The notes under the pieces: generated by a model
What the model was told of the DNA's origin: nothing
The model's input: only the letters and a program-made list of their open reading frames with translations
Database searches by the model: none
Made by a program: the position numbers and the translations under genes
From: an uncultured Verrucomicrobiae bacterium
GTDB taxonomy: Bacteria; Verrucomicrobiota; Verrucomicrobiia; Chthoniobacterales; JAATET01
NCBI GenBank assembly: GCA_963719495.1
Contig: CAVRCI010000006.1
Span: 1-64,000 of the forward strand
Direction: 5' to 3'
DNA length: 64,000 nt
Shown: positions 31,349 through 40,881 of the stretch, one piece after another
Numbering within the stretch: the first letter of the stretch is position 1
How the letters are laid out: each line of letters opens with the position of its first letter

Positions 31349-31501
31349 CCCGCCAAAAATTTCTTCCTGATTTGCCCGCGAACAACGCGAATAGCGCAAA
31401 TCAATCAACCCGGAGGGACGGCATCCTGCCGTCCAATCGAACTCAAGACCTCGCCTTCACCTTCATCCATTCGCGCCCATCCGCGCAATTCGCGGGCTCC
31501 C
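30639..31501. repeat. ~865-bp direct repeat, copy 1 (3' end of the giant ATPase gene plus ~150 bp downstream)
   Basis: About 95% identical by eye to 33271-34135. Covers the last ~235 codons of the gene plus the downstream hairpin region. Confidence 0.8.
31416..31434 (+). terminator. GC-rich hairpin downstream of the giant ATPase gene (GGACGGCA-TCC-TGCCGTCC)
   Basis: Perfect 8-bp stem with 3-nt loop, ~65 nt after the stop and preceded by GGAGG. It has the same architecture as the vapBC-flanking hairpins. No U tract follows, so its terminator function is uncertain. Confidence 0.3.
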
Positions 31502-31602
31502 GAATCTATTCTCGAAGCCGATTACACGACGGCAACAAAACAACCACGCCTCGTGTGAATATCTCCATCGACCTCATTAACGCGTCGCGTAAATGTGAAT
31601 TC

Positions 31603-31800
31603 GTGATTCAAGGATTCGCGTGCAAGGATACGAAAATTGCCTTCGGAGAGACTCGCACCCGCAAGCTCCCCGGGAATCTACAGCCGGTGATGCTGCGCAA
31701 GTATGTGATGCTCAACATCGCCACGCAACTCGAAAGACCTCCAGTGCCGACCGGGAATCGTCTTGAGGCGCTCAAAGGTAATCGCGAGGGGCAACACAGC
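31603..31800 (+). pseudogene. higB: HigB-like toxin (RelE/ParE superfamily, plasmid maintenance system killer family), orphan and probably decayed
   Basis: From a GTG start: IQGFACKDTKIAFGETRTRKLPGNLQPVMLRKYVMLNIATQLERPPVPTGNRLEALKGNREGQHSIRV. This matches the HigB consensus (...FxCxxTexLF...RKLxMLdaA...L...PGNRLEALkGdRaGQhSIRiNdQWRicF) up to SIRV. The conserved NDQWRICF...VEIVDYH tail is not recovered in any frame and no higA follows. Confidence 0.45.
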
Positions 31801-31979
31801 ATCCGCGTCCTGCCTCGCAATCCAGCATCAGTCGGGCGGCAAGGCGATTGCGAAAAGCAGACAGTCACGAAATCAGCAAGTCGGAACAGCTTCTGCACAT
31901 ATGCTCTGACGATCCCTCCCTCTTCGCTTGAAACTACTCGGACTCTTGGCGGTGCCGCTGCTTAATCTCGGCGAGATAA

Positions 31980-32360
31980 TCAAGATCCGACTGCTTGAGC
32001 GACGGAACTTTCAAGCAGTGGGATAGTCACTGCTGGATACCCGGCTCTGGAGCTCAAACCGTAAATGTGCTCTCTCAGAAACGGATACAAAATATAAGGA
32101 GCAACTTTATCTGCCCAAAGATCTAATTTTTCAACAGGGAACAGCGTGGTATTCACCTTAAACTGACCTACTAGCTCGACTAAAAGGTAGAAGGGTAGAT
32201 TAGCAAAATCTTCTTCTACGCCAATCTCTCCCCGAAGGAATACATGTATCGTGTTCGAACTAGGATCCAAATCCGAATGCCTGTCACCCATTCGAAAGTC
32301 GTCTTCGTTGATATTCAGGTCACTCTTTCCCCGCTTGGTAGCAACAAAGCGGACGGTCAC
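31980..32360 (-). CDS. Hypothetical protein (cassette gene 3)
   Basis: 126-aa ORF in the low-GC segment, where an ORF of this length is unlikely by chance. No recognisable motif. Confidence 0.35.
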   Translation of the reverse strand: MTVRFVATKRGKSDLNINEDDFRMGDRHSDLDPSSNTIHVFLRGEIGVEEDFANLPFYLLVELVGQFKVNTTLFPVEKLDLWADKVAPYILYPFLREHIYGLSSRAGYPAVTIPLLESSVAQAVGS

Positions 32361-32430
32361 GCGGTGATACCCAATTTAATGAGATTGGGTGGATGGAAAC
32401 TGTAGAATCGGACACGCTCAATTCTAAAAA

Positions 32431-32691
32431 TCAGGCCGCAAGAGCCAAATCCTCGTGGTCGAACGGAAGGCAATTTAGGCGAAACGTCGATGGAGAAGCC
32501 TCATTGAAGAAAACCTCTTCGAGGTTGCCCTGAATATCCACGGGAATGACGACCGTGCTCGACCCGCGGAGGTCAAAATCAGGAGCGCAGGCACACTCCT
32601 CGCGTGCAGATTCAAGCAGCGCTACCATTGCCTCATCCGTTGCCGAACCGAGAAAGTTATCGACGATCTCTGAAATGTTGATGGTTTCCAT
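32431..32691 (-). CDS. Hypothetical small acidic protein (cassette gene 2, immunity/antitoxin-like)
   Basis: 86 aa, rich in Asp/Glu. Starts 7 nt downstream of the cassette gene 1 stop on the same strand. Confidence 0.35.
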   Translation of the reverse strand: METINISEIVDNFLGSATDEAMVALLESAREECACAPDFDLRGSSTVVIPVDIQGNLEEVFFNEASPSTFRLNCLPFDHEDLALAA

Positions 32692-32697
32692 AGCTTG

Positions 32698-33201
32698 TTA
32701 CATGCCATTATAGCTCATGATAACGTTTTGAACACAATCAAGATTACGAACGCATATGATTATGCGGGTGTGTCGGACAAATTGAGACTCAGGAGACAAA
32801 TTTCTTGGATGGTTCGGGTATTGCACCGCACGCACGCTGTCAAGCCGCCCAAGATTTGCTACCATAGTAACGGCTTGCTTGTCGGTCACAACGATCTTAA
32901 ATTTTTCGGAATACGCTTTGATCAGTTTCTGGACTTCGTCTGCGTGCTCAGAAATTGTTAGGTCCAAGCAGAATCCCAGTTGCACGGTCGCTCGTAGAAC
33001 AGCGATCTTATTCTGCTTGTAGCGTTTTCGAGCCCACCACTTCACCATTGCTTCCGACCCCTCCCAGAAGTAAACGCCAGAAGCGCGAAGCCCATCGGTC
33101 TTCTTGAAGGTATCTTTTATGATTCGCTCTCCAAGGTCCCGTGAGGTGCCATGAAAAGCGTCAGGAATCTCCTTGGATGACCGACTGATGAAGGTGGGCA
33201 T
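32698..33201 (-). CDS. Hypothetical protein (cassette gene 1, candidate toxin/effector)
   Basis: 167-aa ORF in low-GC DNA. A TTGACA-containing putative promoter lies in the ~60 bp between its start and the repeat boundary. Weak, unverified resemblance to RES-domain toxins in the segment GLRASGVYFWEGSEAMVKW. Confidence 0.45.
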   Translation of the reverse strand: MPTFISRSSKEIPDAFHGTSRDLGERIIKDTFKKTDGLRASGVYFWEGSEAMVKWWARKRYKQNKIAVLRATVQLGFCLDLTISEHADEVQKLIKAYSEKFKIVVTDKQAVTMVANLGRLDSVRAVQYPNHPRNLSPESQFVRHTRIIICVRNLDCVQNVIMSYNGM

Positions 33202-33270
33202 TGGGGCAAACGGAAGGATGGTGATCTAGGGACACGGAGGTTGTCAACTTGACATTGCTCAGAGGAACGA

Positions 33271-34135
33271 GCCTCGTCACCAAGAGCCGGCCCGACATCC
33301 TCGGCGTCATCAAAATCGCGCAGACCGGGACCACCGACACCGTCACGCTCGAGGCCAGCTACTCACCCGCGAATTGGAAGACCTCGTGGCCGTGATGAAA
33401 AAGCTCATCCGCATCCGCGACGTCATCCTCACCGTCAACAGCGCCTACATCGCCTCCGCCGGCCAGGCCGACGCCTACCGCACCGAGCCGCCGTTTTTGC
33501 TCCAGGGTTCCTATCGCAACATGAACCGCCTCGCGGAAAAGATCGTCCCCGTGATGAACGATGCCGAGCTCGAAGCGCTCATCGCCGACCACTACCGCAA
33601 CGAAGCCCAGACGCTCACCACCGGAGCCGAAGCCAACCTCCTCAAGCTCCGCGAGCTCCTCGGCAAATTGACGCCCGAGGAAAAGACGCGCTGGGAGGAG
33701 ATCAAGAAAACGTTCACCCGCAACCTGCTGGTCGCGGGCGGCGACGACAACGACCCCGTCACCCAGGTCATCCGCCAACTCTCCAGCATCCAGGCGACCA
33801 TCCAGGCCGCTGCCTAAAAACCCGCGCCAGCGTCCGCGCCGCCAGCCCTCGGCAACGCAGGCGGCAATCGAGTCGCCATCAACCCCGACACCCTCCGCAA
33901 GATCTGGGACTTGATCGAAAACCAGGACGCGACCGACGCCCCGGCCACCGACACCATCATCGAAGTCCCCGAGCGCTGACCCGCCAAGAATTTCTTCCTG
34001 ATTTGCCCGCGAATTACGAATAGCGCGAAACAATCAGCGCGGAGGGACGGCATCCTGCTGTTCCCAATAGCGTTCGGGTCCCTGCCTTCGACGCCCTCCC
34101 CCCTTCGCGCTCATTCGCGCAATTCGCGGGCTCCC
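33271..34135. repeat. ~865-bp direct repeat, copy 2
   Basis: See copy 1. Both copies end at ...cattcgcgcaattcgcgggctccc. Confidence 0.8.
33279..33978 (+). pseudogene. Degenerate duplicate of the 3' end of the giant ATPase gene
   Basis: Aligns to 30647-31348. A 1-nt deletion (ctactcacccgcgaattgg vs ctactctccccgcgaactgg) shifts the frame. A premature TAA (gccgctgcctaaaaaccc vs gccgccgccgacaaaccc) also occurs. ORF 33374-33817 encodes a near-identical 147-aa segment. Confidence 0.75.
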
Positions 34136-34280
34136 TGCATTTCTCACCACGATAGGACCGCGACTTGCTCGTTCGTTTTCATATATCGAATTTGATAAAT
34201 TCATCTATTGGAAGAAAAATACCCAGCCCCCTACGATCACCGCCGTCACCCAACCAACCAACACTCAACCGACTCACTTC

Positions 34281-35243
34281 ATGGATTTCCTGACCTCACT
34301 TTTCAACCCCGGCGTTCTTTTTTTTCTACTGGGTTTTATCGCCGTAATGCTCAACTCGAACCTCGAGTTGCCGGAGCCCATCGTGAAGTTCGTCAGCTTC
34401 TACCTGATGCTCTCCATCGGGTTTAAGGGCGGAGTCAGCCTCTCCGAATCTTCCCTCTGGGGGGATGGCATTCTCATGATCGTCATCGTGCTCGTGATGA
34501 GTGCCATCGTGCCGATCTACGCGTACTTTTTCTTCCGCAAGCGGCTGGGGATCGCGGACGCCGCGGCCATCGGAGCGACTTACGGCTCGAACAGCACCCT
34601 GACCTACATCACGGCGGCGGGTTTTCTGACTTCGATCGGCGTGGCCTACGAGGGCTACATGACGGTTGCCCTTGTGGTGATGGAGACGCCGGCCATCGTG
34701 TTTGCGGTGGTGATGGCCCAGATCGCGATGAAGGGCGGGGCCAAAAAGCCGACCGGATTAGTCGTCCGCGAGGCGCTGACCGACGGCACGTTGCTCCTCA
34801 TGGTCGGCAGCATGGTCATCGGCTACGTGTTGAGCCTGATGGGAACCGAAGAGACGCCGCTGGCGTCGTTCATCGGCGGGGACATGTTCACCGGGATGCT
34901 CGTCTTCTTCCTCCTCTACATGGGGATCGCGGTCGGACGAAAATTCAAGGAGATCGAGTCGTTCTCGCCGGTGCTCGTCGTTTTCGCCATCGTCGCCCCG
35001 TTGCTCAACGCCGCGATCGCGATCTCGGCCTGCAAGTTCTTCGGATTTGCCCCCGGCGATTCGCTCCTCCTGACGATTCTCTGCGCATCGTCGTCCTACA
35101 TCGTCGCTCCCGCGATTCTGAAAGACACCCTGCCTGAAGCCAATCCGGCCAATTATCTCACGATGAGCATCGGAATCACGTTTCCGCTGAACATTGTGAT
35201 CGGTATCCCGCTCTACTGGTGGGTCATCCAAAACTGGGTGTAG
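34281..35243 (+). CDS. SbtA-like (DUF897) sodium-dependent bicarbonate transporter family permease
   Basis: 320 aa, about 10 TM segments. The overall pattern (MDFLTSLFNPGVLFFLLGF..., GGDMFTGMLVFFLLYMGIAVG) is typical of the SbtA family. No PII-like SbtB gene is recognisable downstream. Confidence 0.65.
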   Translation: MDFLTSLFNPGVLFFLLGFIAVMLNSNLELPEPIVKFVSFYLMLSIGFKGGVSLSESSLWGDGILMIVIVLVMSAIVPIYAYFFFRKRLGIADAAAIGATYGSNSTLTYITAAGFLTSIGVAYEGYMTVALVVMETPAIVFAVVMAQIAMKGGAKKPTGLVVREALTDGTLLLMVGSMVIGYVLSLMGTEETPLASFIGGDMFTGMLVFFLLYMGIAVGRKFKEIESFSPVLVVFAIVAPLLNAAIAISACKFFGFAPGDSLLLTILCASSSYIVAPAILKDTLPEANPANYLTMSIGITFPLNIVIGIPLYWWVIQNWV

Positions 35244-35549
35244 CCCTGATCAGAGATCATCGCCCGACCCATTCACCGGGTCGGTGGGTCACGCCGAAGC
35301 GGTCAGCCCGGTGAGCTCGAGACACTCGTCCTTCATTCCATCGAAAAATGGATTCCACGTCTGACGCAGCATGGCCCCGGGAGAGATCAAGAGCGCGCCG
35401 CGTTCGCCACAGAGCGCGAGGTTGCCCAGGGTGGGAACTTCGCCTCCGTTGCCGCTGCCGTCGAGGGGGTCGAATTCCGTCAGGCTGCCTTTCGGAGAAA
35501 GGCTACGCACGCCGCAACGGAAGCAAGACCTTCTTGCGGACAGCCTGAC

Positions 35550-36720
35550 TCAAGCGCTCAGGAGGTGGGCGATCATCACCCCGACCAGGAGCGTGAGGAA
35601 AGCAGCGTAGGATCGTTTCAACGTGACCGGTTCCAAGCGCGATGCCAAAGCCACACCCGGAGCGGTTGCCAACAAAACCCCAGGCAGCAGTGCGACGAGC
35701 ACGACCCCATCGACGTAACCCAGACACCAGCTCGGGCGACCCACCGCTCCGATTCCGTTCCAGATCCCGCCGACCGAACCAAGCGCCGCCACCACCAGGC
35801 TCGTACCCGAGCCAATTGCCAGCGCCCGCGCCATCGGCATCGAGAAGGCCTTCAGGAACGGCACCGCCAGACTTCCGCCCGCCACACCAATCATCAAGCA
35901 ATACGCCCCGATCCCGGCGCTCACCGCCACCGTCCCGCCCGCGCGCGGAGGGTGTTTCGCCAAAACGAAGCGGTCCGGAATCAACGCAAAGTCGATCGCC
36001 ATCAACGCCAGAAACGCAACGAACGCGATCTTCAGCGCCCCCGAGCTGACGTGTGGCGTCAACCAGATCCCCAGCGCTGCCCCGACCAGCAAGCCAATCG
36101 CCCACGTCGCAAAGAAATCACGATCCAGATTTCCCAACTTCAGGTGCTTTCGCAGCGCCACGATCCCCGTCGGGACCGCTGCGGCCAACGAAGTCGCCGC
36201 CGCCACGTGCATTTCGATCCCGGCGTGAACTCCAAACGGTGGAAAGACGACCGCAAAGACGGGGATTCGCAGGATTCCCCCGCCGATCCCAAACAGCCCC
36301 GAAGCAAAACCGCTCAAAATCCCAGTCAGCACAAAGACCAGGACGTATCCCGCCAGCCGCCATTCCGACCAATCCATTCCGGAACGTACCACCACGCCCT
36401 CGGAGCCGACGAGGGCGAAGATTTGTCTACGCGCCGCCGCTCCAGCAGCCGTCGATCACAAACGTCTAGCCCGTCACCATGCTGGATTCCTCCGCCGCGA
36501 GGCAAACCGCCAACCCCGAGTTTGTCAGCCTGCTCATGTGGGAGAATCTCCACGGCGAGCGCTCCCATTCCCGACATGCCGGAAGAGACCGCCAGGAGAT
36601 ACGTCGCCGCCGACCGGTTTGCCGCCAGGAGATCCGCAACGCTCTTCGTCAACGACGACGCAGCCCACGTGATCGCGATGAGCACGCCGATCAACCCGCC
36701 CGGGATGGGGCCCGGTTCAG
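35550..36720 (-). CDS. TauE/SafE (DUF81) family anion exporter, frameshifted near 36330-36400
   Basis: The C-terminal 281-aa ORF has glycine-rich TM helices typical of TauE (GFASGLFGIGGGILRIPVF, LAIGSGTSLVVAALGSVGGIW). An overlapping ORF 36326-36847 in another frame supplies a further TM segment (GGLIGVLIAITWAASSL). The N-terminal boundary is approximate. Confidence 0.6.
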
Positions 36721-36898
36721 AGGCTCCATGCCCACGTCGCAATTCCCTCCCAGGCACTGTATTGGATTGACTGGTTAAATGGTTCTCATCAGGCGCATAT
36801 CTGACACTGTGACCGGCTTTTCCGGTTCTGAACGCGAAGAACCCCACCCCGGCTATCGGGGTGGGGTTTCGCGTTGAGTTGCCAGTCGGGGCGTCGAC

Positions 36899-39039
36899 TT
36901 AGTCGTCGAGCGACCCGGGCGCGGGCGTGGCAGCCGGGGTGACCGGCTTTTCCCGCGTGATCACGATTCGCTTCACGCGCGACCGATTGCCCGAAGCATC
37001 GAGAGCGACGATGCGAACCGGGTTGCGACCCGGATCCAGGCGAAGCCGGAAGCGCCAGTTGCGCGTGCCGTTGGCTTCTTTGAACTTCTCACCCTTCTCC
37101 TTCACGAGCACCTGCGTGACGGTCGTGTCATCAATCGCCTTGCCACGAAGCATGAACCGGCTCCGAGCGTCGCGAACCGTCTTTTTCCGGCTGATCTTTT
37201 TGGTTACCACGCGGGGCCTGGTCGTGTCAGGTGCGATCACAACCGGGGGCGCCACCGGCAACACCGCGAGCGAGAACCCGTTCACCGGCGTGAATCCCAC
37301 CGGGAATGTCCCGATTGGCGTGCTGAGCCGGCCCGTCTGGAGATCGATCGTATTTAGGGTGTAGATCCCAGTCCCGCCCGCATCGACGGTGACGTAGCCT
37401 ACGTTGTAACCGCCGAAAGACAGGATATCGAAGCCCGAGTTGGCGTCGACATTGCTCCCCAAGGCACCCACCGCCAGGGAATCCCCGGCATTGGCAGAAG
37501 GCGAAGTGAGCAGCCGGTCGGCAGAGGCATCGAGGTAGAAGAGTCGCGTCGGGGTGACCGCCGCTCCCATTCGACCCGTGTCGCTGTTGGTGTAGGCCGC
37601 TCCACTGACTCCCGTGACGGTCGTTCCCGCAATGTTGATGTCACCATCAACGCTGGCGACGCCCCCGGTCTGATCATTCAGCCGCAGATTTGTCCCCCCG
37701 TCATCGACGAGTCGGACGCGGATGCTTCCGTCGGATTGAACGGTGGTCGGGTTGAAGTCGAAGCCAAACTGCGAAGCCGGGTCGACGCTGTAGGTCGCCA
37801 ACATGGGAACGACGTTGTCCGTATTCGGGAAACCAGCTCCGACGTTGGTCACCCCACCAGTCGAGATGTTGACCAGACCGAGTTGGGAAGCGGCGGCTCC
37901 GACCGATATCGAGAAGAGGTTGAACGTGCCGGGTCGGAAATCGAGCCCCTTCACGTCAGTGCCATTACCCGCGGGCCCAATGGGCGTGACGGCGGCGGGA
38001 TTCGTCAGTGGGAACGAGAACAGCTGGCCAGTCGCGTTGTAGGCGTATCCGGTCGCACCAGCTGGCGGGGTCAACTCCGGTGCCTCGACGATGGCAAAAC
38101 CATTGATCGGTTCGAAACCAGCGGGAAAATTGCCGAAGGAAGCCGAAACGCCCGCAGTTGGAGCCGCGATGTCACCGCCTCCGTCGACGCCTCCGTCGAT
38201 CACCGCATCCAGATCGGGAATGGTCCGGAGTTGGAAGGTCGCTCCGTTATCCTCGGAGGTGACGAGGTAGGCAAAATTGTTCCCCCCGCCCCCCGCGACG
38301 TTGCCGGTCGGCGAATAGATTTCCATGCCGCCCGCAGGACTGATGTCGATCCCCAAGGCCCCAGCGGCTCCGGATGTTACCGCCATTCGGGTTCGTCGAC
38401 CGGATCAGGACGTCGTTGTTAGCGTCGAGGTAGAAGAGCGCGGTGGGTGCGGTGGCCGTGCCAGCGCGCTCCGCGTCAGAGTTCGAGTAAGCTGCCGCAG
38501 CGAGCGACACGCCCGCCGGGGTGTCGCCGCCATTCGATCCGACGACGCCATCAACGTTGCTGACGGTGCCGTTGGCCGTCGTGAATCGGAAGTTGCTGCC
38601 GGCTGAATCGACCAGCCGGAACCGGCTGCTGCCATCCCCCTGTAGAGTGACGGGGTTGAAATTGAATCCGTATCCCATCGCCAACGGACTGATGGTGTAA
38701 GGATTCGCGTCGCCGGCGGTCCCGGAGTTCGGAATGGCTGGCCCGACGGCGGTCCGGACGCCGGTCGTTGGATTGACCGTAAAAATTTGGGTCGTCGTCG
38801 CGGTGATATCGACCGCGTAGATCGTCGACGTCCCCGGTCGGACGTCAATGCCCTTGGTGTTCGCTCCAGCCGTGGCTGGACCGATCGGGACCACTGAAGA
38901 CGGATTTGTCAAATCGAACGCAAAGAGCTGCCCGGTGGCATTGTAAGCGTAGCCGTAAGGCCGCGCGTCCGCCGAGGCGACGGCCAGGCCGATGAGCCCC
39001 GCTGCGATGGCGAAGACTGAAGAGGTAGTTAGTTTCATA
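36899..39039 (-). CDS. Secreted protein with two DUF4394-like repeats and C-terminal basic region, frameshifted near 38250-38400
   Basis: Signal peptide MKLTTSSVFAIAAGLIGLAVASA. The motif YAYNATGQLF(A/S)F(D/P)LTNP...GIDVRPG / GLDFRPG...LFYLDA repeats in two ORF pieces (39039-38247 and 38386-36899). The DUF4394 family call is from memory. Confidence 0.55.
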
Positions 39040-39334
39040 GGGTTTTTGGGGTCACTGATTAGAATTAATTTGGGTCGATTGACTCTTTCGCGGAGTGGTT
39101 CGCCGCGCCCGACGACCCGGATCAATTTATCTTCCCCGTTCCAGAAATTCTCGGTCGGAGTTCGAACCTTCCCAATCAGGAGGTGAATCGATTCGCGGGC
39201 GAGTGAGTCAATATTCTGCTGAATTCTGGTAAGCGAGGGGCGCAAGATTTCGCAGAGCGGCAGGGCATCGAACGATGCGGAGCCCACGGCAATTTTCAGT
39301 GCGCTTGATGCAATCAACGGTAGGCAGTCGGTGT

Positions 39335-39515
39335 CATCCGTTTCTCCCACCTCCCTCGGATCGTCACGCAGGTGGAATAATTCCCCCCACGCGCGCCCCA
39401 GATAAGCCGTGAGCTTGTAACGCTCGGTCACCACCGTCCGCAGATGAAAGGCCTCCGCGGTGTGGTGATTTTTGACGATCACGTGATCCCGCGCCGTTGT
39501 CCACGCCCCTACCAC
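39335..39515 (-). pseudogene. Sulfatase C-terminal fragment (gene remnant)
   Basis: HVIVKNHHTAEAFHLRTVVTERYKLTAYLGRAWGELFHLRDDPREVGE matches the conserved C-terminal sulfatase tail (...YKL...ELYDLxxDPxExxN). No upstream sulfatase body is present. It is fused in frame to the upstream region of the DUF4394 gene. Confidence 0.4.
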
Positions 39516-39787
39516 GAGTCAAATTGATTCCGCCCCCGCGTCGCGATCAAGGTTCGGCGTCTGGATCTGCGGTCGGATGGTCGCAGTTCGCGAGTCGTTC
39601 CGGGTATGGTAGCGCTTCAACAGTAGAGTTTGCTCGAAGGACCTACCCGCGATCGCAAGCTTTCGTGACGTTTTGTGACAAACTCTTTTCGAGTCCAGCC
39701 AACTCGATGCAACTGTGCAACCGAAGGGAGTCGTCTGGAGACCCTGTAAACAAGGGTGTCTGCAGGACTTTTAGGCCTGCGATAAGG

Positions 39788-39861
<74 letters not shown>

Positions 39862-39901
39862 ATGAAACGCGAGGGACAGAATACGGATTCCCGTTGGGTC
39901 G

Positions 39902-40258
39902 TCAACTCGTTCTTTCGCGGACACAGCGCACGCCCACCCACTCGGTCTGCGGGAGGATGAACTTGCGGATTCCCACCTCGATCCGCGTCACCGCAAATTC
40001 CCGCAGGATCGTTGTCGCGATTTCTTCAGCAAAGGTTTCGATGAGCTGGCGCTCGCGCTCGGCGGCGAGGGCATCGACGCGGATCGCGACGGCGTGGTAG
40101 TCGACCGTGCCTTCGATGCGATCGCTCAACGTGTCGAAGCCGCGCCTTGGGTGCAGCGTCAGGTCGACGAAGAGTTCCTGCGGTTCGCCGCGCTCGGCGT
40201 CGGGGACTCCGATGTGCGTGCTGACGCGAAGGCCTTTGATCTCGATGGTATCGGACAT
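39902..40258 (-). CDS. folB: Dihydroneopterin aldolase
   Basis: ~118 aa from MSDTIEIKGLRVSTHIGVPDAERGEPQELFVDLTL, the typical FolB N-terminus. Confidence 0.7.
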   Translation of the reverse strand: MSDTIEIKGLRVSTHIGVPDAERGEPQELFVDLTLHPRRGFDTLSDRIEGTVDYHAVAIRVDALAAERERQLIETFAEEIATTILREFAVTRIEVGIRKFILPQTEWVGVRCVRERTS

Positions 40259-40262
40259 GATT

Positions 40263-40880
40263 TTACCCGAGAAGGCGCTGCAGGGTCGGCAGGCCATCGA
40301 CGATCACCTCGGGATTGGCGGGGATCAGCTTTTCGATGGGATCGAAGCCGGTCGTCACGGCGATGCCGAGGATGCCGCCGTGGTGAGCGGTTTCGATGTC
40401 GTGGACCATGTCACCGACGAACGCCGTTTCAGTCGGATCAAGGTGGTGAATTTCGAGGATTTCCCGGATTTTTTCCCGCTTGTCCATGATGCCGACGTAG
40501 GGATGCTCGAAGCGGTCACGAACACCAAGCCGACCCGCCTGGGTGTCGAAATGGGCGGCCTGAATGGTGCTCAGCAAAAACGTCCGCCGCCCAGTGCAGT
40601 CGCAGAAGTCCAGGAAATCGACCGCGCCGGGGAGCAGAACCACATCGTCCTGCAGCCCGGCAAAATGGTGTTGGTAGAGTTCTTCGAGTCCTTCGGCACT
40701 GGCTTCCGGGAGCAGCTCGGCGTAGAAGCCGGAGAACGGGAGCCGGAAGTGATGGCGGAATTCGTCGCGAGTCAGTTCGACTTTTCCGTATTCGCGAAAG
40801 ATCGCGTTGGTAGCGGCGAGGACGGGACCGAGGTCGTCGGCGAGGGTGCCGGACCAATCGAGAAGGAGGTTTTTGATCAA
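40263..40880 (-). CDS. HAD-superfamily hydrolase (phosphoglycolate phosphatase-like)
   Basis: Motif I LLLDWSGTLAD, motif III/IV (FVGDMVHDIETA). A probable TTG start (LIKNLLLDW) lies directly after the heptamer repeat. Coordinates are +/-1. Confidence 0.6.
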   Translation of the reverse strand: MIKNLLLDWSGTLADDLGPVLAATNAIFREYGKVELTRDEFRHHFRLPFSGFYAELLPEASAEGLEELYQHHFAGLQDDVVLLPGAVDFLDFCDCTGRRTFLLSTIQAAHFDTQAGRLGVRDRFEHPYVGIMDKREKIREILEIHHLDPTETAFVGDMVHDIETAHHGGILGIAVTTGFDPIEKLIPANPEVIVDGLPTLQRLLG

Positions 40881-40881
40881 T

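Larger units (their letters stand above)
31502..33270. mobile_element. Low-GC (~50%) inserted cassette bracketed by the ~865-bp direct repeats
   Basis: GC content drops visibly relative to flanks. Contains a decayed higB-like gene and three small minus-strand ORFs. No integrase or transposase was found. Confidence 0.4.

Noticed and set aside
35289-35510. 73-aa minus-strand ORF between sbtA and tauE as a PII-like SbtB or TusA-like protein
   Set aside because: It is on the wrong strand for an SbtB partner. It has no P-II motifs and no CPxP TusA motif, and the other frames have immediate stops. It is left unannotated.
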